This document shows positions 28,331-39,800 of a stretch of 64,000 nucleotides of DNA, in pieces. The position numbers and the translations under genes are program-made. Each line of letters opens with the position of its first letter. Within the stretch, counting starts at the first letter, position 1. The stretch comes from Alphaproteobacteria bacterium. GTDB taxonomy: Bacteria; Pseudomonadota; Alphaproteobacteria; Bin95. The stretch is taken from NCBI GenBank assembly GCA_963665325.3, contig CAXXWS020000002.1, positions 448,001 to 512,000 on the forward strand, given 5' to 3'. The notes below the pieces were generated by a model. It ran no database searches and was not told the DNA's origin. It saw nothing but the letters and a program-made list of their open reading frames with translations.

Positions 28331-28370
28331 TTCCTGCGCTTGCCTGTTACGTGAACACTGGGCCCTGACG

Positions 28371-29627
28371 ATGGTAGCGAGGATCACCAAACTGACGAAA
28401 CCGGACCTCTATGCCGGACGCAGGGCGCCCTGGACCGGCAAATGGCGCAACCCGTCAGGCCTGCTGCATCTCGCGGACGGCGGCGCCGTTTCCGACAGGG
28501 ACTTCCTTTCCCTGTGGAGGGGGTTCGCGCCCGGAGACGGCTGGCCCCTGTCGCGCCGCGCCCTCAGCCGGACCCACATGCCCGGCTTCGACATCGTGCT
28601 CTCGCCCGACAAGTCGATCTCGGCGCTCTGGGCCATCTCTCCGGAGTTCGACCGCAAGCGCATCGAGCGCACGGTCATGGACGCGGCCGGGATCGCGATC
28701 ACCCGCACGGTCTTCCGGCATTGCGCTGTCACCCGGGCCGGTACGTCCGGCAGGAATTTTCAGGTTGAGACCGGCGACATCCTGGTCGCGATCTTCCCGT
28801 TCCACATCTCCCGCGAACTCGATCCGCAACTGGACGTCAGCTGCGCCATCTTCAATTTGGTGCAGACGCACCGGGACCTGAGGTTCCGGACCCTGCACGC
28901 CTATCCCCTGTATTCCTGGCAGAAGGCCATCGGCGCCACTTTCCGGAGCCGTTTGGCGTATCGGTTGCGCAGCCGCCTCAGCATCGGGATGGAACGGCAT
29001 GGCGAGCAAGGCGAATACACCCGCATCCGGTGCATGGACCCCGGCCTCGAAGAGTTCTGGAGCAAACGGAAATCAAAGTTGTTGGCCAGTCGGGCAAGGA
29101 AGACAATGCCCGACCCGACATCCCTCCACGGCGCCCAATCATCGAGTGCGCCTCTGCGGATCAAACGCACGGCGATCGACGCTGACACGGCCAGGTTCAG
29201 GGATGAAGCAGCCGCATTCGTCGATCCCGATGCCCTGCATACACGGATCGTCCGGTCCGCATCCAATGACGTGACTGAACGCCAGCACGACAGCGTCCGC
29301 CGGGAGATCGACGACATTCCCCGCACGCTCGCCGCGTCGGACCTGGTCTTCAACACGGCCGACATCGTCGCCCGGGTGGAGAACGCCGCCGGCGGCCTGT
29401 TCGACGACGACGCCATGGACGGGTGGCTCGAATTCGCCCTGGCCGCCGACAACCTGCTCCCGCTGGACCATGAAGACCCGAACCCCGACGCCGTCGCCGG
29501 CATGGCCCACAAGCGCCTGTTCACGACCCGTGACATCCTGGACGCCAACCCGGATCACAAGCGGCTTTCCGGCCTCAGAGTTGCGCCTCTACAGCCGGAA
29601 GCACCCACGGAGCCTTCGCGGTGGTAG
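28371..29627 (+). CDS. Degenerate MOBF (TrwC-like) relaxase domain lacking catalytic residues
   Basis: Colinear with the N-terminus of 29621-35974 (PGFDI..S.DKSISALWA), but has no YY pairs and HISRELDPQLDVS in place of H.SR..DPQLHVH. Confidence 0.82.
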   Translation: MVARITKLTKPDLYAGRRAPWTGKWRNPSGLLHLADGGAVSDRDFLSLWRGFAPGDGWPLSRRALSRTHMPGFDIVLSPDKSISALWAISPEFDRKRIERTVMDAAGIAITRTVFRHCAVTRAGTSGRNFQVETGDILVAIFPFHISRELDPQLDVSCAIFNLVQTHRDLRFRTLHAYPLYSWQKAIGATFRSRLAYRLRSRLSIGMERHGEQGEYTRIRCMDPGLEEFWSKRKSKLLASRARKTMPDPTSLHGAQSSSAPLRIKRTAIDADTARFRDEAAAFVDPDALHTRIVRSASNDVTERQHDSVRREIDDIPRTLAASDLVFNTADIVARVENAAGGLFDDDAMDGWLEFALAADNLLPLDHEDPNPDAVAGMAHKRLFTTRDILDANPDHKRLSGLRVAPLQPEAPTEPSRW

Positions 29628-32600
29628 CGACGATCGCCAAGATGGCCGTGCCGTCCTACTACATCGAGAGCCAGGCGGCGCATGAGGGCTACTACACGGG
29701 CGGCGGCAAGGAGCGCCCGGGCGAGTGGTACAACCCGACCGGCCTCTTCCGTCTGAAGGATGGCGGCCTCGTCTGGGAGAAGAAGTTCTACGCCCTCTGT
29801 GGCGGCCGGTCGCCGGAACTCGACGGCACCGACCTCGTGCGCAATGCCGGCTCGGAGAAACGGTCGCCCGGCTTCGACATCACCTTCTCGGCCGACAAGT
29901 CGATATCCGCGCTCTGGGCGGTCTCGCCGAGGGCGGAAGACCGCGAGAAGATCGAGCGCGCCGTGATCGACGCCGCGCGCTGCGCTCTCGACGAGACCGT
30001 GTTCAGGCATTGCGCGACCACGCGTGTCGGCAAGTCAGGCGTGGATCTCCGTATCGAGACCGGCGACATGCTGGCGGCGATCTTCCTCCACCGCACGTCG
30101 CGCGAGGGCGATCCGCAGCTGCACGTGCATTCGACGATCTTCAATGTCGTCAAGACGCACTCTGACGGCAAATACCGCGCCCTGCACGGCTATCCGCTCT
30201 ATTCCTGGAAGAAGGCCGCAGGCGCGGCGTTCCGGGGCCATCTCGCCCACATCATGCAGGAACGCCTCGGCATCGCCATGGAGCGGCACGGGCCCGAGGG
30301 CCAGTACAGCCGCATCCGCGAGATGGACGGCGATCTGGAGCAGTTGTGGAGCAAGCGGCGCGCCCAGCTCGTTGCGACCGTTGCCGAACATCTGGGCGAG
30401 GAAGCGCTCGCCAACCCGGCCCAGATGGCCGCCGCGACGCTTGCAACCCGTTCGCGAAAGCCCGAGGGCGGTCCCTCGACGGAGGAAGACATCGAGCGCT
30501 TCCTGGAGGAGGCCGCTGAACTCGTCGATGTCGCGGAACTCCGGGACCGCATCCGCAATGCCGGGATCGAGGAGCTCACCCACGAGCGCATCGCCGAAAT
30601 CCACGACGAGATCGTCGCGATCCCGGAGAAGCTCGCGCGGATGGAGGCCGTCTTCAATGTCCCGAACATCATGGAGAAGCTCGAGAACGCACTTGCCGGC
30701 GCCGTCGACCGCGAGGCCATGCAGCGCTGGCGCGAGGTTGCGCTCGGGAATGCCGAGCTGGTCTCCCTCGAATATCCGGAGCCCGCCATCGAGGCCCAGG
30801 CCGGCATGGCGCACAAGCAGATCTTCACCACGAAGGAAACGCTCCGCGCCGAGCGCACCCTGCGCCACATCTCCGGCCTCTCGGTTTCGGACCGCACCCA
30901 CGCCGCCGATCCGGACAAGGTCGCGCGGCTCCTCGAGGACCTCGGCAACCGGGGCAAGCGCTTCAGCGCCGAGCAACGCAGGGCCATCCAGTACGCCGCG
31001 GCGGACTCCGGGCGGATCGCCCTCATCGAGGGGGCGGCCGGCGCCGGCAAGTCCCACGTGCTGGGGCCGCTCGCGGACCTCTGGCGCGCCGAAGGCTACA
31101 AGGTGCGCGCACTCGCGGTCGCCTGGTCGGTCGCACGCGAGCTCGCCAGCGACATCGACGCGCCGCCGAGCGCCGTCCATCCCTTCCTGAAGGACGTCCA
31201 CAAGGGCGCCGTCAATGTCGGCCCCGACACCGTCCTGGTCGTGGACGAAGCCGGCATGCTGTCGACGCGCCAGACGCTGCAGCTCGCCAGGCTGAGCGAG
31301 GAGACCGGCTGCAAGCTCCTGCTGGTCGGCGACACGCAGCAGCAGCAGCCGATCGAAGCCGGGCCGGGCATGCGCATCGTCAAACAGCGCGTGAAGGGCG
31401 TGCGCATCGACCGCATCCGCCGACAGCTCCCGACGGTCGAGGACTATCTGCGCGAGATCGTGGGCCTGCCGGCTGAAGAAGCCATTGCGACGGCGGCGCC
31501 GATGACCCGCGAGGAACGCGACGCCGCCAGCAAGCGCTACACCGCCATGCGCCGCGAACGCCGGGCGGCCGGCGAGGAGCCCCTCTCCATCAAGCGCCCC
31601 TGGCAGCTCGGCGTATCGGCGCTGCTGCGCACGGGCGCCATGCACCAGGCGTTCATCGAGATCCACAAGCGCGGCCGCTTCACGCTGGCCGAAGGCAAGG
31701 AAGACGCGCTGCTCCGGCTCGTCGCCCACTGGTCCGCCTGGATGGCGGAGAACCCGGAGGGCGAGGCCGTCGTCATGGCGCGCACCCGCGCCGACGTGCG
31801 CGCGCTGAACGCCCTGCTTCGCGCCCGGCACCACGGCGCGAACGCACCGCCCGACTACAATCCCGCGACGGACTCCGCCGTCATCCGGATCCACCGCTTC
31901 CGCGACCGGGGCAAGGCCGTGGAGGACGATTTAGAGGTCCGCATCGGCGACCGCCTCCGGATCGGTGCCACCGTCTCCCGGCTCGGCCTCTACAACCGCG
32001 ACGCGGTCACCGTCACCGGGCTCGAAAAGCAGCAGGCCGAGGACGGCAGCACGCAGGTCCGCATCACGGCCCGAACGCAGGACAATCGAACGGTCCGCTT
32101 CGAGCCCGGCGACATCCGGAACTGGACCGGCGAGATCGCCATTGACTACGCCTATGCGGCGACCTGCACGACCGCCCAGGGCCTCACCATCGACGCCGGC
32201 TTCCTTTTGCTGGACGAAGGCATGGCGCGCGAGACCACCTATCCGGCCGCCACCCGGCACACGCGCCACCTGCAGGTCGTCGCCGACCGCCTGCCGGTCG
32301 CGATCGCGATCGCCGGCGCCACGCCCGACGGCGAGCCCGGCCATGAGGTCTCCGACGAGGAGATCGTCGCCACGCTCGGCCGGCTCTGCGGGCGCTCGCA
32401 GCCCAAGCAGGCCGCGATCGACTACATCCTGGCCGCAAACCAGGCGGACATGCCGCTCCAGGGCGAGCTCGAGATCGGGCGCGAGCCGGTCCCGGCCGCC
32501 GAAGCCGCCAACGACGCCGTCCAGCCCGGCACGGCCGGCGCCGGGCCGCGCTCTCCGGGCGAGCCTCCCGGCGCGGCCGTGCGCCGGCATGCCGACCGCG

Positions 32601-35600
32601 CCGCCGTCCAGCGCATCCTTGCGGAGGCGAAGCGCCAGATCCCCGAGAACGCCGCCCGGGCCGAGGCCGTGGCGCTCGCCGCCGACATGGAGGAGGTCGA
32701 AGAGGACTGGGCCCGGATCGCGGCCGATCCCGCCCCTTCACCCGACCTCGCGCCGCAGGTGCAGCACGCCCTCGACCGGCATCGCCAGGTCCTGCGTCGC
32801 GTGCGCGTGTTCCTGCGCAACCGCAACCGCACGCGCGGCAAGAGCGACAGCCGGGACCGAACCCGCGTCTCGGACCGGGGGCTCGAGCGGTTCGCGCGGC
32901 TCAGGCGCAACATGCGGGGCCGCTGGCGCGACACCCTCAACGAAGCCAAGGCCGAACGGACCGCAGAGGCGCTCGACCGCGACTGGAAGGAACTCCGGTC
33001 CCGGGTCGGCCCCGATCCGCTCGCATTCCTCGAAGAGCCCGAACATGCGGTCCTCGTCCGCCGCACCGCCGAACTGGCCGGGAGCCGAACCGCCGCCCCC
33101 GCGACGGCTCGCGACTGGCGCGCCTTCCTCGACGAACACTTCACCTCCCTGTCGCTCGAACTCTGGCGGGTCTGGAACGCCGCGCATCCGGGCGCGCCGG
33201 AAAGGAACCGGTCGGCCCGGGATGTCGCTGCCTACCGCACGCTTCTCCGACAGGCCCATACGACCCTGGCGACCTTCCGCTGTCTCACCGGCCGCAACAA
33301 TGCGCTGGAACTCCAGCGCTGGCGCGACTTGCTCGTCCATGCGCCTACCTACCGGGAGGCGCTCGGAAGCCTCGCCCGCTCCCTGGACAATGAAGAAAAG
33401 GACCTCCGGCGCCGGGAGACCAAGCTCGCAGGCTCCACCCTGCCCACGAGGCGGCTGGCCGACCACATGGCGAACCTCGGCGCCGCCGCCCGCCTTCCCA
33501 GCTTCAGGGAGAGCCAGCGCAAGACGATCCGCCGCTTCGTCCGCCAGCACCGCCAGGCGCGCAAGGAGGCTGGCGTCACGCGCACCGACGCGCCCTGGCC
33601 GACCGATGGGCAGATCGAACGCCGGATCGAGACCGGACGCGAACTCCGCGAGGGCTGGCGCCGGGTCCGCGAAGTCACCCGCGACGATCCGCTGGCCGCC
33701 CTCGACTACCTCGAAGCCCGGTTGGTGATCGAGCGCTCCGCCGAACAGGCGCTGGACCCTTCGCTCGACGCCGATACCGCGAGGGAACGCACGGCGTTCC
33801 TTGTCCGGGAGCTGCAACAGCTGGACACGGCGCTGGAGGCGGCCCGGACCGCCGTCCGCGCGCCGACCGCCTCCCCGGGATGGAGCCATGCGGAGTTCGA
33901 GCAATATGCCCGCCTGTGGAACCGCGCCGCCGCGTTCACCCGCACCCTCACGATGCTGCCCGACGGATTCGCCGTTCCGAGCGTCCCCGGAGGCAAATGG
34001 CAGGACTGGCTGAGCGCCACGCCGAACACGCGGGAGGCGTCCGACATGCTGCTGCGGTCCATACGGGCCGAGGAGGCCGCGATCCGCGACCGCGAAACCG
34101 TCCTGCCCGGTTACACCCTGCTGACCCGGCGCCTCCACGACCACATGGAAACCCTCGAGGCGCTCACCGGACCCGGCGAAGACACGGCCTTGAGGAGCGA
34201 CGGCGAGCGTCGCGAGCTCCGGAACCTGCTGGAGTCCTGGGTCGAGGCGCGCGAGGCCGCCGGCGTCACCCGCACGGACGTCCGATGGCTCTCCGACAGC
34301 GAAGCCGATCAGGCCGCCGCAAGGAGGGCCGAGGGACGCGCCCTCAACAAGGCATGGCGGGACTTCAGAACCGGCGATCGTCCGGTCCATCCGGCTCTGC
34401 TCGACCAGCCGGACCACGGCAGTCTCATCGCCCGCACGGCCGCATTCGCCCTGGATCTGGAGGACAGACGCCCCGAAACCGGACGGAAATGGCGCGAGCT
34501 TCTCGAGATGCACCTCCAGCAGCTTGCCCGCCAACTGAACGACGCATTCGAGAGCATAGCCGGAAGCAGCGACCGTAGCGCCCGCAATGTCGAGCAGTTC
34601 AACCGGTATTTCCGGCTGCCCCGGCGCGTCGACGCCCTCGCGGACATGCTTGCGGCGGTGCCTCCGGCCATGACGCAGCCGGTCGATTTCGACCTGCAGG
34701 ACTGGAAGCGCCGCCTCGCTGAGGCGCCCTCAGGCGACGATGTCTATGAACGGCTTGTCGAGGACCTCTTCGAGGAAGAGCGTATCGTCACGGAGCGGGA
34801 GGACGGCCTTCCCGGTTCGACCCTTCCGACCCGCCGCCTTGGCGAACATATGGCCGTGCTCGAGGCGCTGATCTCGAGCGACGTGGTGGGCTCCGGGGAC
34901 AAGGAGTATTTCCGGGGCCTCCTGGACGCCCATCGGCAGGCCCGGGCGGACGCGGGCGTCACGGTTGCAGACCTGCCATGGCCCGACACGCCCGAACTCC
35001 AGGTCGAGCATGACTATCGACGCATTCGCAACGCCGTCGAACGGGCCGCCGGCCGAGCCAGCGACAGCGCGCTCATCAACGAGCCCGGCATCGAGGCTCT
35101 CGGGCCCGAAGCAGCACGCCTGCTCGCAACGCCCTGGCTTTCCGCCGACGGCCGCCGCTACCTCGATAAATTCCAGGACCTGATCGACACGGAAATCCGG
35201 CAGCGCAACGATGTTTCCGGAACCATCGAAAGGGCCCGCGCCCATCTCCAGGAATACCCTGCAATTCTCGACCGCGCGCTTGCCCCCAAACCGCCTGAGC
35301 CCACCCCGGACGACCAGGACACCCGCCCGGGCCTTTTCGGCCGCGTCCGCCGGCTTCTCGGCGCCGAGGACGACATTCCCGCCCGCCCCGCGGATCCGGC
35401 CCCGGCGCCGCAGGCGCTCAACGATTTCGATCCGGACTACCGCAAGTGGGATGTCCTGGCTGAGCAACTCGTCAAGAGGTTCCGGCATTGGCGCTCGGCA
35501 GCCCAGCTCGCCCGCCGCGATTTCGTCGAGCGCCGATGGATCGACATGGCCGATCTCATCGCCGAGTTCGAAGCGATCCGCAGCGCCGCTCGCGACCCGA

Positions 35601-35974
35601 AGGCCGAACCCTATCGGATCGAAACCCCGGATGCCGGCGCCTTCGCGGCCGCAGACCAGCGCCACGATCCCGACCGCCTCGCGACCCTGCTGCGCGACGT
35701 CATCGGGCCCGAAGACGAGCGCAGCAGCGAAGCCGTGCTCGAACTCGCCCGCAGGAACCGCGCCTGGCCCGACGAGACCCTCGCCGTCTTTCGCCGGCAT
35801 GCCAGGCAGGCAGCCGCCGCCGGCGAAACCCGTTCCCTGTCGCGGCTCGCGGCCGGCCTGCCCAGAAACCTCACCCGGAGCCTCACGAACCTGTCGGAGG
35901 TGACCTGGCAACATCAGGGCGAGGACATAGACCGCCGGCGAGAGCGTGAGCAGGGATACGACCGCTCAATGTGA
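29621..35974 (+). CDS. MOBF relaxase-helicase (TrwC/TraI-like) with a long C-terminal extension
   Basis: SYY...GYY tyrosines, DKS.S and HRTSREGDPQLHVH HUH motif; RecD-like GAAGAGKS, VDEAGM, LVGD..Q and YAYA.T...AQG.T motifs. Confidence 0.95.
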   Translation: MVATIAKMAVPSYYIESQAAHEGYYTGGGKERPGEWYNPTGLFRLKDGGLVWEKKFYALCGGRSPELDGTDLVRNAGSEKRSPGFDITFSADKSISALWAVSPRAEDREKIERAVIDAARCALDETVFRHCATTRVGKSGVDLRIETGDMLAAIFLHRTSREGDPQLHVHSTIFNVVKTHSDGKYRALHGYPLYSWKKAAGAAFRGHLAHIMQERLGIAMERHGPEGQYSRIREMDGDLEQLWSKRRAQLVATVAEHLGEEALANPAQMAAATLATRSRKPEGGPSTEEDIERFLEEAAELVDVAELRDRIRNAGIEELTHERIAEIHDEIVAIPEKLARMEAVFNVPNIMEKLENALAGAVDREAMQRWREVALGNAELVSLEYPEPAIEAQAGMAHKQIFTTKETLRAERTLRHISGLSVSDRTHAADPDKVARLLEDLGNRGKRFSAEQRRAIQYAAADSGRIALIEGAAGAGKSHVLGPLADLWRAEGYKVRALAVAWSVARELASDIDAPPSAVHPFLKDVHKGAVNVGPDTVLVVDEAGMLSTRQTLQLARLSEETGCKLLLVGDTQQQQPIEAGPGMRIVKQRVKGVRIDRIRRQLPTVEDYLREIVGLPAEEAIATAAPMTREERDAASKRYTAMRRERRAAGEEPLSIKRPWQLGVSALLRTGAMHQAFIEIHKRGRFTLAEGKEDALLRLVAHWSAWMAENPEGEAVVMARTRADVRALNALLRARHHGANAPPDYNPATDSAVIRIHRFRDRGKAVEDDLEVRIGDRLRIGATVSRLGLYNRDAVTVTGLEKQQAEDGSTQVRITARTQDNRTVRFEPGDIRNWTGEIAIDYAYAATCTTAQGLTIDAGFLLLDEGMARETTYPAATRHTRHLQVVADRLPVAIAIAGATPDGEPGHEVSDEEIVATLGRLCGRSQPKQAAIDYILAANQADMPLQGELEIGREPVPAAEAANDAVQPGTAGAGPRSPGEPPGAAVRRHADRAAVQRILAEAKRQIPENAARAEAVALAADMEEVEEDWARIAADPAPSPDLAPQVQHALDRHRQVLRRVRVFLRNRNRTRGKSDSRDRTRVSDRGLERFARLRRNMRGRWRDTLNEAKAERTAEALDRDWKELRSRVGPDPLAFLEEPEHAVLVRRTAELAGSRTAAPATARDWRAFLDEHFTSLSLELWRVWNAAHPGAPERNRSARDVAAYRTLLRQAHTTLATFRCLTGRNNALELQRWRDLLVHAPTYREALGSLARSLDNEEKDLRRRETKLAGSTLPTRRLADHMANLGAAARLPSFRESQRKTIRRFVRQHRQARKEAGVTRTDAPWPTDGQIERRIETGRELREGWRRVREVTRDDPLAALDYLEARLVIERSAEQALDPSLDADTARERTAFLVRELQQLDTALEAARTAVRAPTASPGWSHAEFEQYARLWNRAAAFTRTLTMLPDGFAVPSVPGGKWQDWLSATPNTREASDMLLRSIRAEEAAIRDRETVLPGYTLLTRRLHDHMETLEALTGPGEDTALRSDGERRELRNLLESWVEAREAAGVTRTDVRWLSDSEADQAAARRAEGRALNKAWRDFRTGDRPVHPALLDQPDHGSLIARTAAFALDLEDRRPETGRKWRELLEMHLQQLARQLNDAFESIAGSSDRSARNVEQFNRYFRLPRRVDALADMLAAVPPAMTQPVDFDLQDWKRRLAEAPSGDDVYERLVEDLFEEERIVTEREDGLPGSTLPTRRLGEHMAVLEALISSDVVGSGDKEYFRGLLDAHRQARADAGVTVADLPWPDTPELQVEHDYRRIRNAVERAAGRASDSALINEPGIEALGPEAARLLATPWLSADGRRYLDKFQDLIDTEIRQRNDVSGTIERARAHLQEYPAILDRALAPKPPEPTPDDQDTRPGLFGRVRRLLGAEDDIPARPADPAPAPQALNDFDPDYRKWDVLAEQLVKRFRHWRSAAQLARRDFVERRWIDMADLIAEFEAIRSAARDPKAEPYRIETPDAGAFAAADQRHDPDRLATLLRDVIGPEDERSSEAVLELARRNRAWPDETLAVFRRHARQAAAAGETRSLSRLAAGLPRNLTRSLTNLSEVTWQHQGEDIDRRREREQGYDRSM

Positions 35975-36427
35975 TCGCGTCGGCCCGGCCGGAGGTGCGC
36001 CCCCGGACCCGCTTCCTCTTCTCCCATTGCGATGTGCCAGGTCGTCGACCGTATAGCGATCGAACACTGCGAAGAAGGCTTCCTCCGCTTCCGTGAGAAT
36101 GGACCGGTAGCGGCAGCATGAGGCGGTCCGGCACGCGCCGGCCCCGTCGGGAAAGCACTCGGCGAGCGGTATGGAACTCTCGACATGACGCACTATCGCG
36201 CCAAGCGAAATTGTCCCTGGCGGACGAGCCAGCCTGACCCCGCCGTTCTTTCCGCGAACCGTCTCCACGTGCCCGGCCCGTCCCAGCTGCCAGACGACCC
36301 TGGTCAGGTGGCTTCGGGAAATCCCGCAGCACTCCGCGATCTCGCGGATGGTGGAGAGGCGCTCTTCGTATACGGCGAGATACACGAGCGCCCGCAGGGC
36401 ATAGGCGGTATGCTTGCTCAGCCGCAT
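35966..36427 (-). CDS. Rrf2-family regulator, NsrR-like
   Basis: T.YALRALVYLA, IREIA...IS..HL..VV, RGKNGG and three C-terminal Fe-S Cys (ECF...C...C). Confidence 0.88.
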   Translation of the reverse strand: MRLSKHTAYALRALVYLAVYEERLSTIREIAECCGISRSHLTRVVWQLGRAGHVETVRGKNGGVRLARPPGTISLGAIVRHVESSIPLAECFPDGAGACRTASCCRYRSILTEAEEAFFAVFDRYTVDDLAHRNGRRGSGSGGAPPAGPTRSH

Positions 36428-36812
36428 TGCCTGCCTCCGGCGTGGCCCGACGAGGGCATGGACTCACGGCACCATCCTCCTCAGCTTGAGCGCAAGCGCA
36501 TTCATGGTCCAGCGCCGAATGCTGGCCCCGATCGGCGGATCGACTTTCCTTCGCGGTCTGTGCCAGGCTGCTGCTGCGCGGTGCTGAACCTCCAATGGGC
36601 GCCGCGTAGCGCCCTGGCGGAGGTCAACGACAATGCTCCGGGCGCCGCCAGGGCGCTCCTCATGAAAGCCGGGTGACGACACCCCGATCGGGAGGAGTCT
36701 TCCAGCCGCCCGATCCCCGGAAACTGGAGGCGCATCCAGGCCTGTGTCAAACTGCGATCCCGTGCCGGAGCGGCGCGGTTCGACCGTTATCGACCAGTAT
36801 GGGAACGCCGCC

Positions 36813-39800
36813 ATGTCCGATTACGACAGTTCCGATGGAATAGCTGCCGGCACGGCCGATATCATCGACAATCTGACGCCCGGCGCCGGTCCCGGCTTCC
36901 GCGAGCATGACGGGCGCGAGGCCGGCGATGTCGAGATGGCCCGCACCGGCGTCGACCTGCTGTTCGCCTCGATCGGCTCGGGGCTTTGCCCCGACGGCTC
37001 CGTCCTTGCCGACGACCGCGACCGCCTGCTCTGGAACGCCGTCGAGCAGCTGCGCAGCCATGTCGGGCGCCTGGAAGCGCGGCTGGAGAGCCGTCTTCGG
37101 GAACCGACAGAGGAGCAGCGCGAACAGCGCGCCGGCGACAACGAGGCCGACGGCGGAGAGACCGACGTCCTGCTTGCGCAGGGGGCCGAGAACACGCAGC
37201 TGCAGCGCGACATCCTTCGCCGGACCCTCGACCATGCGCTGAACCGCTATGGCGAGGTCGTGGGGCGTCCGTGGCTCGCGCGCCATGGCACGGTGAATAC
37301 CGGCGCGTCGGAACACGGGCTCGGCAACCAGGTCGACGCTTCGGCATGGTTCGCCGCGCGGGAGCTCCGGGAACCCGCTCCCAATATCGTGACCCATGTC
37401 CGCGAGGCCATGGAATATGCGGACAGGAAGCGCGCCGCGCTCCGCGATGCAGCCGGGGAGCAGGAGCTTCTGCCCCGTCTCGAGGACCTGACCTTTCCCT
37501 TCGACGCCGGCGGCCGCGAAGAGACGGCGGCTTCCGTCGCCGGCATGTTCCAGGCGCTGGAGCTGATCTTTCCCGACGGGACCCAGCTCCAGGACGAGCG
37601 CCGCGCTGGCGCCTGGCGCACGGTGCGCATGTTCGACGCCGGCGCCATCAGGGCCGCGGAGGACGCGCTCCGGCGCATGACGGACCATCCCGCGCTCGGG
37701 CCCGACCCGGCCCCGGAGGCCGCGGCCCTCTTCGACGAAGGCACCCGGGAGTCGATGCTGCGCGTCCAGCAGCTCTCCAGGGCGGCCGATGCGGCCGGCG
37801 CCCTCTATTGCGAGACCACAGGCGAGGAAGAGTGGAAACGCCGCGACCCCTCCATGACGGCGGCCGGAGGTCCCCGCGACCGGACGTCCCTTACCGGCCG
37901 GCACTACGCGGCCGCCGGGCGCGCCGTCGCTCTCGGACATCCCGCGCCGCATCAGCTCGACGGGCCGAACGTCGTCATCGTCGGCAGTCCCGATCTCGAC
38001 ATGGTCCGGGACCGCGAGACCGTGGAAAGGCGGCTCTCGCAGCTGCATCGGCAATATCCGCAAATGGTGCTGCATTACGGCGCCCGGCTGCGCGACGCCG
38101 GAGGCGTGGACCGCCTCAAGGGCATCGACGCCATCGTCCACCGCTGGGCCACCGGCCGGGGTGTGCCGCTTGTTCCCAACCCGCCTGTCTGGGACGCGGA
38201 GAACAAGCGCTTCAACCTCCATGCCCGCGACGACGCCTGGATCGCGACGAACCCCGACCTGGTCGTCGATTTCGGCGGCACCGGCAATGCCCACATGCGC
38301 TTTCTTGCGCTGGCCCGGGAGAAGGGCCTCGGATCTCCCGGCCAGCATGCCGGTCCGCGCAGCTACGAGACCGGCAAGGCCTGCGTCTTCCGGAGCACGC
38401 GCGGCGAGTGGGGCATATTCAACAACTCCGCGCGCCTGCCCGAACCGATCTCCGCTGCGGACCGCGCCTTCGCGACGTCGGAACATCTCTACCAGGCAGC
38501 CAGGTTCCGCCGATCGCCCGAAGTCCAGGCCCGGATCGCCGGCGCGCGCTCCGCAGTAGACGCCGCGAAAATCGGCAGTGACGAGACCAACGGGCCCGAT
38601 GCCGACTGGAACCGCCGCCGCGTCGACGCCATGCGCTGGGTCATCCGCATGAAGCGCGAGGCCCATCCCGGGCTTGTCGATGCCGCCCTCCAGAAGACCG
38701 GCGACCGGGAGATCGTCGGATCCTCGGACGAAGACCGGTTCTGGGGGGCGCGGCCGGAGGACGGCAGGCTGGTCGGCCAGAACACTCTCGGGCGCCTCTG
38801 GATGGAGCTGCGCCAGCAGCTCCGGGAGGGCGATCCGCTGTTCCGCGCGTCGGCCTGGACGAATCCCCTGACGCCCGACCCCCGCTCCGCCGGCGCCGTC
38901 GCACACACTTCCGAAGCGATCGTCACGGAAGAACAAGCCGGGACATCCCGGTCCGATGGCGAGGCCCGCATCCTTCGCTGGGCCGGCATCGGCTCCCGTG
39001 ACACGCCCGCCGACGTCCTGAACGACATGACCAGCCTGGCTCGCCGTATGGCGGACTCAGGTTGGCACCTTTTCTCTGGGGGCGCCAAGGGCGCTGACAC
39101 GGCATTTGCAGCCGGCACTCCGGCCGACCAGCGAACCATATGGCTTCCCAAGCCGGGTTTCGAAGGCCTCCGTGGACCCGACTGCCGCGTTCTTTCTCCG
39201 GATCGCGCGCAGGAATGCATGGCGATCGCCGAGCGACTTCACCCCGCCTGGGACCGGTGCGACGACTTCGCTCGCAAAGCCCATACCCGCAACGTCGCCG
39301 TTCTCCTCGGGCCGAACCTGGACACTCCCGTCGATGCCGTCGTCTGCTGGACCGAGGACGGAAAGATCAAGGGCGGTACCGGCATGGGCCTCCTGATCGC
39401 CCGGGAGGCGAATATCCCCGTCATCAACCTCGCGACAGAATCCGCAGGGTCCGCATGGGAACGGCTCCGGCAGCTGCAGCACCGGCCGCCTGCCGCACGG
39501 ACTGCGACCGCCACGACATCCGCGACCGCAACCAGGTCGCGGGGTCCCGATCCCGACCAGCGCCGGGAGTTCCGGCAGCAACGGCTCCAGGCCAGCTTGC
39601 GCGGGATGCTGCACGGCCTGCCCCTCAAGCGCCTGGACCGTCCGGTCCTGGCCGAACTCCACCGTGAGAGGGCCCGCACCGCCGCCGAGGAGCGCCTCGA
39701 CAGCCTGTCCCGCGACCAGCTGCACGACGCCCTCGAGAGCATCGAGGAGCAGGCCGGGCAGCTGCGCGCCGAATTGGGCGCCGGCGGCCGCTCCGGCCCC

